Below are positions 37,524 through 46,382 of a stretch of DNA of 64,000 nucleotides, piece by piece. A program made the translations under genes and the position numbers. Each line of letters opens with the position of its first letter. The stretch's first letter is position 1. The stretch is from positions 1-64,000 of the IMG/VR virus record IMGVR_UViG_2700988850_000001, one strand, 5' to 3'. The DNA comes from a virus. Taxonomy: Duplodnaviria > Caudoviricetes. Below the pieces are notes generated by a model. It did no database searches. It worked only from the letters and a program-made list of their open reading frames with translations, and was not told the origin of the DNA.

Positions 37524-37679
37524 CTACCTCCACTTGAATGTGACGCAACCGGCAACCTTCTTTGCTCGCCGCATTGCAATGATCGACTTGATCAGGCTGT
37601 CCCCGTAGTAGACGGAAACGTCCGTGTAGCCTTCATCCTCGAGAGGAAGCCAGGCCAGCACCTCATACTTCCACCCCAC
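37524..37679 (-). CDS. 51-aa hypothetical protein (not in ORF track)
   Basis: GTG start overlapping the LysB stop; MGWKYEVLAW...TFKWR fills the gap. Confidence 0.55.
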   Translation of the reverse strand: MGWKYEVLAWLPLEDEGYTDVSVYYGDSLIKSIIAMRRAKKVAGCVTFKWR

Positions 37680-38518
37680 TAGCTGAACACCGCCTTCTTG
37701 TAAATGTCATCCAGGATCATGTCGAACACGCGGCGTCCGTCGATCCTGAAGTCTGCGTACCGATTGTGGACCAGGCTGTCCGAGTAGTACTTGAGCTGGT
37801 TGATGGTGTTCCGCCACCGACTCAGGTAGCGCACCAGACCCTCGCCGCCCTGCGTAAGTTCCGGGTACATCTTGACGGCGTTGATCAGTCCGAGTTCATG
37901 GATCACGTCACGTGCAAAGGTGAGTGGATCACTCACGCTGAACATGTCCACGTAGTAGGGGAGACGCTTGAGCAAGGTGGTGTTGGGATCGGACGATCCG
38001 ATGATATCACCTTGTGCGCAGATTTCCCAGACCCTTCCCTTCCAGTCTCCCCACCATCCGTCAGCGGGAGCGAAGCTGATACCCTCGCCGCCTGGGTCCG
38101 GGCCGACGATATGCCCTGGCTGGCGGTGCGGGTTGGCGATCAAGTAGATACCCTTGATCTTCAGCATGGTGTCGCGTGCCACCCGGTCACCATCGTTCGC
38201 CATGCGAATGAGATGCTTGATTGCCTTCGTGACGACCGTGCCACCCTGGCTGTAACCGGCAACGAAGATTGCCTGCCTGGTGAATCGGTTGTCGATCAGG
38301 ATTTTGACAAGCTTGTTCACGCCGATCATGTAGGAAGAAGAGTAGGTGGGCTCACCAGACTTCAACCCGAAGGCTGCCGGGTACGGCAGCGAGAACTCTT
38401 GGAACTCGTTCGGCAGCTTGCTCGAGATGTTGGACAGCATCCCGACTACCTTGTCGCTAGGCGACCCGCTGGAAACTTCCCCGGTCCCCGAGACTGCGAT
38501 GAACAGATTGTTTTTCAT
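37679..38518 (-). CDS. lysB: Cutinase-like esterase (LysB)
   Basis: GYSQG nucleophile elbow, SGTG, YPA, IANP.R, GDII and H..Y. Confidence 0.82.
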   Translation of the reverse strand: MKNNLFIAVSGTGEVSSGSPSDKVVGMLSNISSKLPNEFQEFSLPYPAAFGLKSGEPTYSSSYMIGVNKLVKILIDNRFTRQAIFVAGYSQGGTVVTKAIKHLIRMANDGDRVARDTMLKIKGIYLIANPHRQPGHIVGPDPGGEGISFAPADGWWGDWKGRVWEICAQGDIIGSSDPNTTLLKRLPYYVDMFSVSDPLTFARDVIHELGLINAVKMYPELTQGGEGLVRYLSRWRNTINQLKYYSDSLVHNRYADFRIDGRRVFDMILDDIYKKAVFS

Positions 38519-38684
38519 TCTCTTCTTTCTTGTAGAGGAAGTCAACTGTGACTGCACGGTACCCGAGAGCCTTGCCTGTGTGCTGCGGCTTGTGCCCCCA
38601 CTTGGACGGCGCGAATTGAAACACGAAGGTGAGAATCGCTAGGCACAGTGCCAGCAACACCAGGACAAGGCCCCCGTTACTCAT
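38457..38684 (-). CDS. Small membrane protein
   Basis: N-terminal hydrophobic helix; ATGA overlap with upstream gene. Confidence 0.5.
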   Translation of the reverse strand: MSNGGLVLVLLALCLAILTFVFQFAPSKWGHKPQHTGKALGYRAVTVDFLYKKEENEKQSVHRSLGDRGSFQRVA

Positions 38685-39094
38685 GTCAAATCCTTCCCCT
38701 CAAGAATCTCTGCAATGCGAGGCCCCACCCAGCCTTCCGGCTTGCCAATCTTCGAGACCAGCGGCTCACCCTTCCAGACGATGGGGCCATGCTTGCCGTT
38801 GATCTTGTCGTCGTTGGAGCGAGCAACTTCGGCTGCGGCTGCCCTGGTCATTTCCAGGCCGAACTTGGCGACAGCATTTCCATAGGCGACCACGATGATA
38901 TCCAGGAGCGCATCGAGTTCTTCAACTTCGTCATCTTCGGCGACGGCATTCCAGTATTCCCTGATCTCTTCGCTCAGCATATCCAAGCGCTCGGCGTCAA
39001 GTTCTTCCGTGTACTCCTGCTCCGATTGTCCCGACACCACCATGAACTTCTCGGTAGCTTCGATCAGTCCGATGGGGTTGTTCTGCTCAGTCAT
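38681..39094 (-). CDS. MazG-like nucleotide pyrophosphohydrolase
   Basis: EEIRE...ELDALLD...VARSNDDK...KIGKPEGW. Confidence 0.85.
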   Translation of the reverse strand: MTEQNNPIGLIEATEKFMVVSGQSEQEYTEELDAERLDMLSEEIREYWNAVAEDDEVEELDALLDIIVVAYGNAVAKFGLEMTRAAAAEVARSNDDKINGKHGPIVWKGEPLVSKIGKPEGWVGPRIAEILEGKDLT

Positions 39095-39291
39095 ACGAGT
39101 TCTTCCTCTTCCATTTCCTTGGCGTACTTGTCTGCCTGCATCTGGGCGATGCTACCGACGTGATCGGCAGCCATGGTGATGAGCGTTGCTACTTCTGGAT
39201 TACCGAGTGGGCTGTTCGCACTGATAGTCACCCGCACATCTACGCCGGTGAACTTATCCTCAGCCCTTACAGATACGTTCATGGTCTCCAC
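39091..39291 (-). CDS. Hypothetical protein
   Basis: Coupled small ORF. Confidence 0.55.
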   Translation of the reverse strand: METMNVSVRAEDKFTGVDVRVTISANSPLGNPEVATLITMAADHVGSIAQMQADKYAKEMEEEELV

Positions 39292-39836
39292 ACATTCGAG
39301 TTGGCCTTGCGTTCTCTACGTTCCTTCTCGCGTCGCTCCATGAGTTCCAGAGCTGCGATACCTTGGGCCGTCAGGCCGTAGGTTCCAAAGTGGGAAGGCT
39401 CGTTATCCTTGATGCCGTACTTCAGTTCGATCAAGACGAACGAAAGTGCATCCGGACCCTGGTCAATCATCACGGACTCGACCCGGATCACGTCGCGATC
39501 GTCCTCAATGAGCACCCCCTGCAACGCGTCCTCCGTCCCCTTCTGTAGGTTGGTGGCATCCGCTCCGTTGCGAGTTGAAGTGCGAGAGTCGGTAGTGACT
39601 TTGTACCCGTAGACCTGTCGCGAGAACGAGAATCGCAGGGCGTAGTCGCCAGGAAGAACTCTCGCGCCGAGCAAGGTAAGCTCGTCCTTCACCGCGTTCT
39701 GGTAGACGACCAGGTTCTTATTGGGTCCGACTGAACCACTCAGCTTCTTGGTTCCGGGGACGCGTCGGATGGATACGTCACCGATTGCCCAAGGCTCAGG
39801 GTTGAGGGGGAGTGCATACGCGACAATGTTAGACAC
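39279..39836 (-). CDS. rusA: RusA-like Holliday junction resolvase
   Basis: DATNLQK...DALQGVLIEDDRDV. Confidence 0.85.
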   Translation of the reverse strand: MSNIVAYALPLNPEPWAIGDVSIRRVPGTKKLSGSVGPNKNLVVYQNAVKDELTLLGARVLPGDYALRFSFSRQVYGYKVTTDSRTSTRNGADATNLQKGTEDALQGVLIEDDRDVIRVESVMIDQGPDALSFVLIELKYGIKDNEPSHFGTYGLTAQGIAALELMERREKERRERKANSNVWRP

Positions 39837-40188
39837 CGAGCACCGTCGCAAGCTTCGCAAGGTTCTGCTCGCCCCAGATTGTGGGGAGTAGCTGGTACTC
39901 TTCGCTCAGTGTGCACACCACCATCTTGAGCTTGTCTGCAACCCAGAGTTCCAGTCGCGCTCCACGGCTAGCCTCCCACCCTTCGAGAAGAATGATGCCG
40001 TCGCAATCGAGCATGGACTTGAGGTCACGCTTCAGGTACCACTCCCAGTCCTGAGAGAAGTCGTCAGTCAACTCGTGAGGGCTGACAATCTCGTGATGCC
40101 TTGATCGCAGCTCCTCGGCCACCTCTTGGAATCGGGGGTAGTTATGCCCTTCGATCCCAGTCATGGGACCTGAGATGTAGTACTTCAT
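39829..40188 (-). CDS. Nucleoside 2-deoxyribosyltransferase-like (DUF4406) protein
   Basis: YISGPMTG...N...F, CDGI, GWEASRGARLE. Confidence 0.85.
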   Translation of the reverse strand: MKYYISGPMTGIEGHNYPRFQEVAEELRSRHHEIVSPHELTDDFSQDWEWYLKRDLKSMLDCDGIILLEGWEASRGARLELWVADKLKMVVCTLSEEYQLLPTIWGEQNLAKLATVLGV

Positions 40189-41300
40189 CCGTTCTTAACC
40201 TCTCGCCGTGGAACAACCCAACACTTGTATTCATCCTCACCCTCGAATCGGACGGCGGAGAGGGGCCGGTCGATTGAGTAGTTGATGGTGACCAAGATGC
40301 CGGGGGCTTTGCCTACTGCGTTCACGAAATACTCAGGTGTGAACTTGAACTTGATCGGCTCGTGAATGCACTGGCCTGGCAACTCCAAGGCGTCGTCAAT
40401 GCTATTGACTCCCGCCTCGTCTTGCGTGTAGAAGGAAATCTCCTCGTTGCCAATCGTAACCCAGAGGTCGGTCTGCCTGTCCTTTGCGATGACTGTCATA
40501 ATGCGCTGGACAATTTCGACCATCTGCTCACGGTTCGCAAGGATGGTGTTCTCAGTCTCTTGGCTTGTGACCTTCGAGACTGGCGGGTAGTTCTCGCCCA
40601 GCAGTACACACTTGATCTGCGTGTAATCATTGGGCGCGAGGCACAGGAAGTTTCCGTCAACCCGTCCTCGAGTCTCGTCCATCTGCGACAGCAAAGGTGC
40701 GAGCACTGCCATGGGGACGAGAACGCTGTCCTCTTCCATGTTCAGTGCCAGCGGAGCAGTGACCAGCTTGTACCCGTCGGTCGCCACGATGGATTCACCG
40801 TCAAGGTAGACGGAGGACGTAGCCTGAGATTCCTTGCGCGAGACTGCCCAGGCTACCTGGTCAAGTCGAGCACCGAATCCGTTGAGCGGGCTGGTCTCTT
40901 CGTAGTCGAAGTCCTCCCACTCCGGGTACTCGCGGTCAATGAGTCCGACCGATGCGCGAGTTCTTCCCGAGGTAATTCGAATCTTGTTTCCCTCGAGCTT
41001 AAACGTGCACTTCTTTCCCGACCCGATAGGCAGGGCGTTGATGATACCCGATGTGACTGCGGAAGGTACGCGCCACGTCGTGGCCTCCCCTTGGATGGAG
41101 AGCGGGTTCATCCACTCCTTGTAGAACACGCCACCATTGGTGGCATGGGCGACGACCTGACCGCCACCCATGCCGTCCGGCAGAATCTCAAGAAGGATGC
41201 CAGCATACTTCTCAATCTCGGTGCCCTTCATCGGGGCAATCCGCGCAGCCTTCTTGAGAGTATCTGCCAGAGCTGCCGTCTCAAAGACAACTTCAGTCAT
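40185..41300 (-). CDS. dnaN: DNA polymerase III beta sliding clamp
   Basis: 371 aa; VATDGYKL, YP motifs, C-terminal VVPR. Confidence 0.88.
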   Translation of the reverse strand: MTEVVFETAALADTLKKAARIAPMKGTEIEKYAGILLEILPDGMGGGQVVAHATNGGVFYKEWMNPLSIQGEATTWRVPSAVTSGIINALPIGSGKKCTFKLEGNKIRITSGRTRASVGLIDREYPEWEDFDYEETSPLNGFGARLDQVAWAVSRKESQATSSVYLDGESIVATDGYKLVTAPLALNMEEDSVLVPMAVLAPLLSQMDETRGRVDGNFLCLAPNDYTQIKCVLLGENYPPVSKVTSQETENTILANREQMVEIVQRIMTVIAKDRQTDLWVTIGNEEISFYTQDEAGVNSIDDALELPGQCIHEPIKFKFTPEYFVNAVGKAPGILVTINYSIDRPLSAVRFEGEDEYKCWVVPRREVKNG

Positions 41301-41920
41301 CCGGCAACAGCTCCAACCTCACGAAGCGCACCGAGAAGCTGCACGGACTCCACGATATCCTGAAGAACTCGGTGCGACTTCGTGGGCGCGAGGAGCTTCA
41401 TGGCCTTCTCGTAGAGCTTCGGGTTGATCACCTTGGTGTGCTCGGAGATGGAGGAGAAGTCGATGTTCCGGTAATGGAAGTATCCATTGAACTCTTCGGT
41501 GCCAAAGAAGTTCAGCCACTCGCGGTCGAAATGGATCGAGCTACCGCACAGCGGGTGACCGCGTTCCACGTCGTTCGACTTGAGCCAGTTGATCGCGTCG
41601 TGCATCACCGTGTACAGATGATACGGACCGAAGTCGTTACCGTCTCCGAGAATGTCCTGCTTGCTGAGGTCCATTACCTCGGCGAGAAGTCCACTGTTCA
41701 CGTGCATGTCGTACGCAACGTTTCCAGACTTCCAGTCCTCCGAGCCGGGAGCGCCACGAAGGAAGCTGTACGACTGGTCAGTCAGGCAGACAGACTGAAA
41801 GGCGTCGATCATCTCAAGCTGAGGAGAGTACAGCGCCATGCCCAGCTCGAGAATGTGACCCTCGGAAGGCTTCAGGCCAGTGGTCTCGAGGTCGAGCAAG
41901 ATGAATCCGTTGAAGCTCAT
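41297..41920 (-). CDS. orn: Oligoribonuclease (DEDDh)
   Basis: DLETTGL, HILE, MHVNSGL, LCGSSIHFDR, FHYRNID, HRVLQDI.ES. Confidence 0.9.
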   Translation of the reverse strand: MSFNGFILLDLETTGLKPSEGHILELGMALYSPQLEMIDAFQSVCLTDQSYSFLRGAPGSEDWKSGNVAYDMHVNSGLLAEVMDLSKQDILGDGNDFGPYHLYTVMHDAINWLKSNDVERGHPLCGSSIHFDREWLNFFGTEEFNGYFHYRNIDFSSISEHTKVINPKLYEKAMKLLAPTKSHRVLQDIVESVQLLGALREVGAVAG

Positions 41921-42069
41921 TTACCATTCTCCTTCTTGAGGTGGACTATCCACCTGCGGCCGACCTTCTCGGCCTTTACGATTCCGTCCCGACACCATCT
42001 GCGGGCGGTGTATTCAGTGATGTGGTACCGCTGAGCAAGTTCCTCTACGGTGATCGTCTCACGTGGCAT
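41917..42069 (-). CDS. 50-aa excisionase-like winged-HTH protein (not in ORF track)
   Basis: MPRETITVEELAQRYHITEYTARRWCRDGIVKAEKVGRRWIV; ATGA overlap with orn. Confidence 0.75.
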   Translation of the reverse strand: MPRETITVEELAQRYHITEYTARRWCRDGIVKAEKVGRRWIVHLKKENGK

Positions 42070-42184
42070 TCTTCTTGCGCTCCTCAACAATATCCAGGAG
42101 CCATGATGGAAAGATGTAAGTCTCGCCGTTAACCACAGCCGACTGCTTTCCGGTGCGCTCGATCTTGTCCAGGTTAAGCTGCAT
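42059..42184 (-). CDS. 41-aa hypothetical protein (not in ORF track)
   Basis: MQLNLDKIERTGK...RKKNAT fills the gap after the helicase. Confidence 0.5.
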   Translation of the reverse strand: MQLNLDKIERTGKQSAVVNGETYIFPSWLLDIVEERKKNAT

Positions 42185-43676
42185 TCTTCTGTCGTTTCCT
42201 CAGGTCCTCAAGCATGCTCTTAACAAGCTTCTTCTCGAACTCCTTCTGCTCGACAATGTTTTCGAACAGATTCTTTTTGACCTTGAGGATGCTCTCGACC
42301 CTGGACTCCACAGTGTCGCGAGCCTGGTAGTCGAAGATCTGTACCGACTGGGTAGTGCTCTGACCGATGCGGTTCATCCGGTCAACCGCCTGCTGGTTAA
42401 GAAGCGGGACAAACAACTTGTCGAGGAACTGACCATGCCTGGCTGCCGTCATGTTAAGTCCGATGCCCGCCACCTGGGTCATGCAGACGATAACTGCGGG
42501 GCCGTCCACTGCCGCCCACTCCTTGACGATGCCCTGACGCTGGTCGTTGGGTACGTCGCCGTGAAGTGCGAACACAGGAACCTGCGTTGCCTTGCCGTTC
42601 ACTGGAACATTGGCGAGCGCCACGTTCAGGCGATCAATGTAGCAGTGAAGAACTGATCTGAACTGCGTGAACACCACGATCTTGTGGCCGTTCTCGCAAA
42701 TCTCTACCGCATCCTCGGTAGCCAGGTCCAGCTTTGCGGACTTGTCCAGCCCGTCCTCGCGAACGGAAGCCGTGGTACCGCAAATCTGCTTGAGCCTCAG
42801 GAACTTGGTCATGGGGTTCTCGATAGCATCAGGGTCGCCGCTGCCGGTGTCGAGAAGAAGTTCAGTAGCCACCTGGTCGTACAGCTTCTTCTGCTCAGGC
42901 AGCAGGTCAACCTTGCGGGTGATGTACTGGACCTCAGGAAGATCGAGCACTTCATCCTTGGTCCGGCGCAACATGATAGCTGCCATGTCTCGCCGAAGCT
43001 CTTCCTCATTCTTCGGGCCAACAATCTGCTTGCCCTGCCAGCCTCCGAACGCGCAATACTTCTGAGTGAATCCCCAGTACGTACCCCACTGTCCGGGTTG
43101 AATGCGATCGAGAAGAACCCACAACTCGCTGACGTTATTCAGGAGCGGTGATCCCGTCAGCATGAAGCTGCGCTGCGTACGCAAGGATTGAAACGCCTTG
43201 GTGCGCTGGGATTTGTGGTTCTTCAGGTAGTGCGCCTCGTCCGCGCAGACGATATCGAAGCCGAACTTGTTAATCTCTGCGAGGTGAGCCTTCACCTGTT
43301 CGTAGTTCACGATCAGGACTCTAGAGCCTTCGATCTTTGCGAACTCTTCGAGCTGCTGCTTCCGAACCTTCGGAGTGCCGTCGAGCTTCACATAGTCGAT
43401 GCGAGTGAACTTCTCAATCTCGTCTGCCCAGTTGGACTTGAGGCTGACGGGGCAGACGACAAGCATCTGAGAACGGACGCCGTACTTCTGATGCATCTTC
43501 TGGCAGTGAATACCGAACACTGTCAGAGCTGTCAGGGACTTGCCGAGACCCATATCGTCGGCCAGGAGGAACGACTGCATATTCCAAAGGCGACGGACGC
43601 CCTCGGTCTGGTGCTCATAGTAGTCAACGTCGTCCTTGATGAACGGCTCGAGCGACTTCCTGTTATGAAGCCCCAC
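42174..43676 (-). CDS. SNF2-family helicase
   Basis: LADDMGLGKS, DEAH, TGSP, GLNMT, QAVDRMNRIGQ. Confidence 0.93.
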   Translation of the reverse strand: MGLHNRKSLEPFIKDDVDYYEHQTEGVRRLWNMQSFLLADDMGLGKSLTALTVFGIHCQKMHQKYGVRSQMLVVCPVSLKSNWADEIEKFTRIDYVKLDGTPKVRKQQLEEFAKIEGSRVLIVNYEQVKAHLAEINKFGFDIVCADEAHYLKNHKSQRTKAFQSLRTQRSFMLTGSPLLNNVSELWVLLDRIQPGQWGTYWGFTQKYCAFGGWQGKQIVGPKNEEELRRDMAAIMLRRTKDEVLDLPEVQYITRKVDLLPEQKKLYDQVATELLLDTGSGDPDAIENPMTKFLRLKQICGTTASVREDGLDKSAKLDLATEDAVEICENGHKIVVFTQFRSVLHCYIDRLNVALANVPVNGKATQVPVFALHGDVPNDQRQGIVKEWAAVDGPAVIVCMTQVAGIGLNMTAARHGQFLDKLFVPLLNQQAVDRMNRIGQSTTQSVQIFDYQARDTVESRVESILKVKKNLFENIVEQKEFEKKLVKSMLEDLRKRQKNAA

Positions 43677-43892
43677 TGATATCCGCCTCCTTTATCTTCC
43701 AGCCTCGCTCGCCGCCATGAAAAACGATCGAGTAAACCTTGTGCCTCTTACCCGTGTCCAGTGATAGCTCACTAGCCACTCGAAAGGCGTCCTTCCAACG
43801 AAAAAGCGCGATACCGGAACCCAAGGCAAGAACATCGTCAATCCAGTTGTGGGCCATAACCTTTCGGTCCGCATCCCACCAGAGCTTATCCC

Positions 43893-44471
43893 TCAGCCCC
43901 AAGCCTGCTTGTGCTTGCATCCGTCACATCCTCCCGTGCCAGGCTCGCGAAGCATGCGATCTTCCAGCGAGAACACGAACATGTGGCAACCCTTGCAGCG
44001 GAAGTATCCCTCGTTGTTCGGGTCCGGCTCGATGTTGTACTTCTCCATGTCACGCTCTTGAGTGCTCGGTGCCTGTAGATTCGACAGGGCTTCACGCGCC
44101 TCGTCGTGCGTGATTTTGTGCTCGCCGTTCTCGTCGTCCATGACGCTCGGTCCGGCAGACCACGGAGTGTCGCCACCATTCCAAGAGCGACCATGCTTGA
44201 ACATCAGGCATCCGATAATGACGCCGGAAAGGTTGTAGCCCACCTCGCCGCTTTCGATAGTCATGGTGACGATATCGTGCAGCGTCTTGAGCTGATCGAC
44301 GTTGAGTCCGTCGATGAAGTTGTGAATGACAGCCTTGGACATTTCATCCTCGAGCTTGTGTCGCTCGGCGTGACGCTCAGCGCCTTCTCCGAAGACCTTC
44401 ATCTGCGCCCGCATGGCTGCCTCGATCATGGCCTGGATTTCTTCGGGCATTCCGTTTTCGTCGTCGCTCAT
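43893..44471 (-). CDS. Hypothetical protein with C-terminal CxxC...CxxC
   Basis: SD AGGAG; zinc-ribbon-like C-terminus. Confidence 0.7.
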   Translation of the reverse strand: MSDDENGMPEEIQAMIEAAMRAQMKVFGEGAERHAERHKLEDEMSKAVIHNFIDGLNVDQLKTLHDIVTMTIESGEVGYNLSGVIIGCLMFKHGRSWNGGDTPWSAGPSVMDDENGEHKITHDEAREALSNLQAPSTQERDMEKYNIEPDPNNEGYFRCKGCHMFVFSLEDRMLREPGTGGCDGCKHKQAWG

Positions 44472-44491
44472 GTCGTCTCCTAAGTTTGTTT

Positions 44492-44529
44492 GAGAAGAAG
44501 GGCGGGGTCAGGAAACCCTGACCCCGCCC
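44492..44529 (-). terminator. Intrinsic terminator after SSB-like gene
   Basis: 13-bp GC-rich stem (44500-44529) followed by TTCTTCTC on the minus strand. Confidence 0.75.
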
Positions 44530-44561
44530 GATTACTTAGTCACACTGTGACCAAGTGTCTA

Positions 44562-45152
44562 TCAGAACGGCGGCTCGTCGTCGTCGTCCGGTGCACTTGC
44601 AGCAGGCTGCGAGGCAGGCTGCGAGGCAGGCTTGACTGCACTGGGCATCTTCGCTGCCGAGACAGTAGATGCGGCAGGCTTGTCCTCCACCGCATTGAAC
44701 GCCTGCTCGGGCTGCGAAGGTGCCGGAGAATCCGAACCGTACTGACCGACGCCACGCTCCTCGCGAATGTCTTCGAAGAGGTTGTTGTTGCCGTCGTTCC
44801 ACGCCTGAGCGATCTTCAGGTTCTCACCATCGAGACCCTGAGGAACGATGTAGGCGTTGCCGCCAGCCGCCTTCGGCTGCTGGTAGACCAGGGCAATCGG
44901 AAGCTTCTTGCCGATGTAGCGCTTCAGGTTGTCCTTGATCGCGGCGTTGAACCACATGACGCCGAGGTGAAACTCTTCCGTGCTCAGGTCGAGAACATCC
45001 ACGACCACAGCCTCAGCGGCGTCGTCGTACTTCGTCTTGATGCCCTGCTTGAAGTCGAGCACCTTCACCAGGAGAGGTCGATTTGCAATGTCCGACGGCT
45101 TCAGCTTGTCGCCACCGGCCTGCATTTCGAAAGTCTCGAGGGTATCCGTCAT
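44562..45152 (-). CDS. Putative single-stranded DNA-binding protein
   Basis: Beta-rich N-terminus, P/A/S/Q linker and acidic DDDDEPPF tail. Confidence 0.6.
   Translation of the reverse strand: MTDTLETFEMQAGGDKLKPSDIANRPLLVKVLDFKQGIKTKYDDAAEAVVVDVLDLSTEEFHLGVMWFNAAIKDNLKRYIGKKLPIALVYQQPKAAGGNAYIVPQGLDGENLKIAQAWNDGNNNLFEDIREERGVGQYGSDSPAPSQPEQAFNAVEDKPAASTVSAAKMPSAVKPASQPASQPAASAPDDDDEPPF
44602..44632. repeat. 12-bp tandem repeat, about 2.6 copies (PASQ linker)
   Basis: GCAGGCTGCGAG twice, then GCAGGCT. Confidence 0.8.
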
Positions 45153-45194
45153 TTCTGTTTTCTCTTTTCCTGTTTGCAGTTGCACTGGGCCGGA

Positions 45195-45857
45195 TTAGTC
45201 CAGTGCGGTAAGGCCACCAGCTGGTGAAGGCGCTGGCTTTGATGGGGCCTGAGAAAGAATATCTGTCCATTCGCGATAGAGTGGAAGATACTCAGACACC
45301 CAAGCTTCCTGGTTCGTCTCACTGCCGCGCTTGATCGAGAGCTGCGAGTAACGGGTACCGTTTCTCGACTTAGCTACCTCGAGATGCAGCGAGCAAAGGT
45401 TGACGAACAGTGGAGTCTGGTGTACCTGGTGGTACTTGGCGTACCTGGCTACCTCCTTGACGGAGGAGCCTGACACGCTGAGGATGTGGACCTTGCCTTC
45501 GATCAGAAGGATCATGTCCCACGAGTTCGAGCAGGCAATCGTTCCAGGATCAGTGTAAGGCTGCTCACTGACATTGGTTCGATAGTTGCAAGTCGAACAG
45601 AGTGTTGGCTTGTTGGGGCTGGGGAAGTTCTGATTCGGGTGAGGGTGCTCACCATCGTTTGACTTGCACCCTACTACAACCTTGGGATTGTCCGCGTACT
45701 TCAGGAACAGTACACGCTTGCGAACCAGTCCGATAGGAACCGCGTCCTCAATCTTACTTCCCAGTGTTTCCCGACTCTGCGAGTTTGCTATCTCAAACTC
45801 CCCAGCTCTGTGTGCAATCTTGAGAGGTATTGATTGCGGGAGCTGAACCAAGTCCAT
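45195..45857 (-). CDS. Cys-containing hypothetical protein, possibly replication/recombination related
   Basis: CKSNDG...CSTC...C; position beside the SSB-like gene. Confidence 0.6.
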   Translation of the reverse strand: MDLVQLPQSIPLKIAHRAGEFEIANSQSRETLGSKIEDAVPIGLVRKRVLFLKYADNPKVVVGCKSNDGEHPHPNQNFPSPNKPTLCSTCNYRTNVSEQPYTDPGTIACSNSWDMILLIEGKVHILSVSGSSVKEVARYAKYHQVHQTPLFVNLCSLHLEVAKSRNGTRYSQLSIKRGSETNQEAWVSEYLPLYREWTDILSQAPSKPAPSPAGGLTALD

Positions 45858-45888
45858 GTTTGCTGTCTCCGTTTTGTCCGGTGAACAT

Positions 45889-45918
45889 ACGATAACACAA
45901 CGCTATGCAACATGTCCA
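45889..45918 (-). promoter_or_regulatory. Putative promoter
   Basis: TGGACA, 18-nt spacer, TATCGT on the minus strand. Confidence 0.4.
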
Positions 45919-45943
45919 CATGGTCTGACCTGGGCGTATTGCC

Positions 45944-46264
45944 CTATCGGGTTTGAACGTGCCGACTCGTATAGAAATTGACCTTACGCTTTCGGCACCA
46001 CCGAATGAGTTCTTCTTCTGTGACCCTCCACTCGGCAGCTTCATTCAGTCCTCGAATGTTAATTGCCCGAAGCATCATGGGGTCTTGCTTCTTCATCTCG
46101 CGTCCGACATAGAATAGAATCTTCTCGCGAAGATGCTTCTCGCTTATGTCGAACATGTAAGCGATCTGATCCACCGTGTACATGAATGTCTTGAGTGGAA
46201 GCTCGATCGCGTCGGCCATGAGGTCGGCCCTCAGATCGGCGATCTGTTTCTTGCTGGCAGGCAT
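45944..46264 (-). CDS. HTH DNA-binding protein (MerR/excisionase-like)
   Basis: YTVDQIAYMFDISE...WRVTEEELIRW; SD AGGAG. Confidence 0.72.
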   Translation of the reverse strand: MPASKKQIADLRADLMADAIELPLKTFMYTVDQIAYMFDISEKHLREKILFYVGREMKKQDPMMLRAINIRGLNEAAEWRVTEEELIRWCRKRKVNFYTSRHVQTR

Positions 46265-46277
46265 TGATTCAACTCCT

Positions 46278-46340
46278 AGAAGAAGCTAAGGGACCGGACA
46301 CAAGTCCGATCCCTTAGCGGCACTCTGACCCACAGAGTGC
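46278..46340 (-). ncRNA. Candidate ~60-nt small RNA or attenuator leader (hairpin plus terminator)
   Basis: GCACUCUG-UGGGU-CAGAGUGC, then a 15-bp stem and UUCUUCU, directly downstream of a promoter. Confidence 0.5.
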
Positions 46341-46344
46341 GGTC

Positions 46345-46373
46345 ATAGTACCATGATCCTCGGAACTTGTCGA
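46345..46373 (-). promoter_or_regulatory. SigA-like promoter with extended -10
   Basis: TCGACA, 17-nt spacer ending TGG, TACTAT. Confidence 0.62.
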
Positions 46374-46382
46374 GCTATGTAC

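Noticed and set aside
43663-43920. 85-aa minus-strand ORF between the helicase and the Zn-ribbon gene
   Set aside because: It may be real because it fills the gap, but the start is unclear and there is no recognisable motif, so it was not called.
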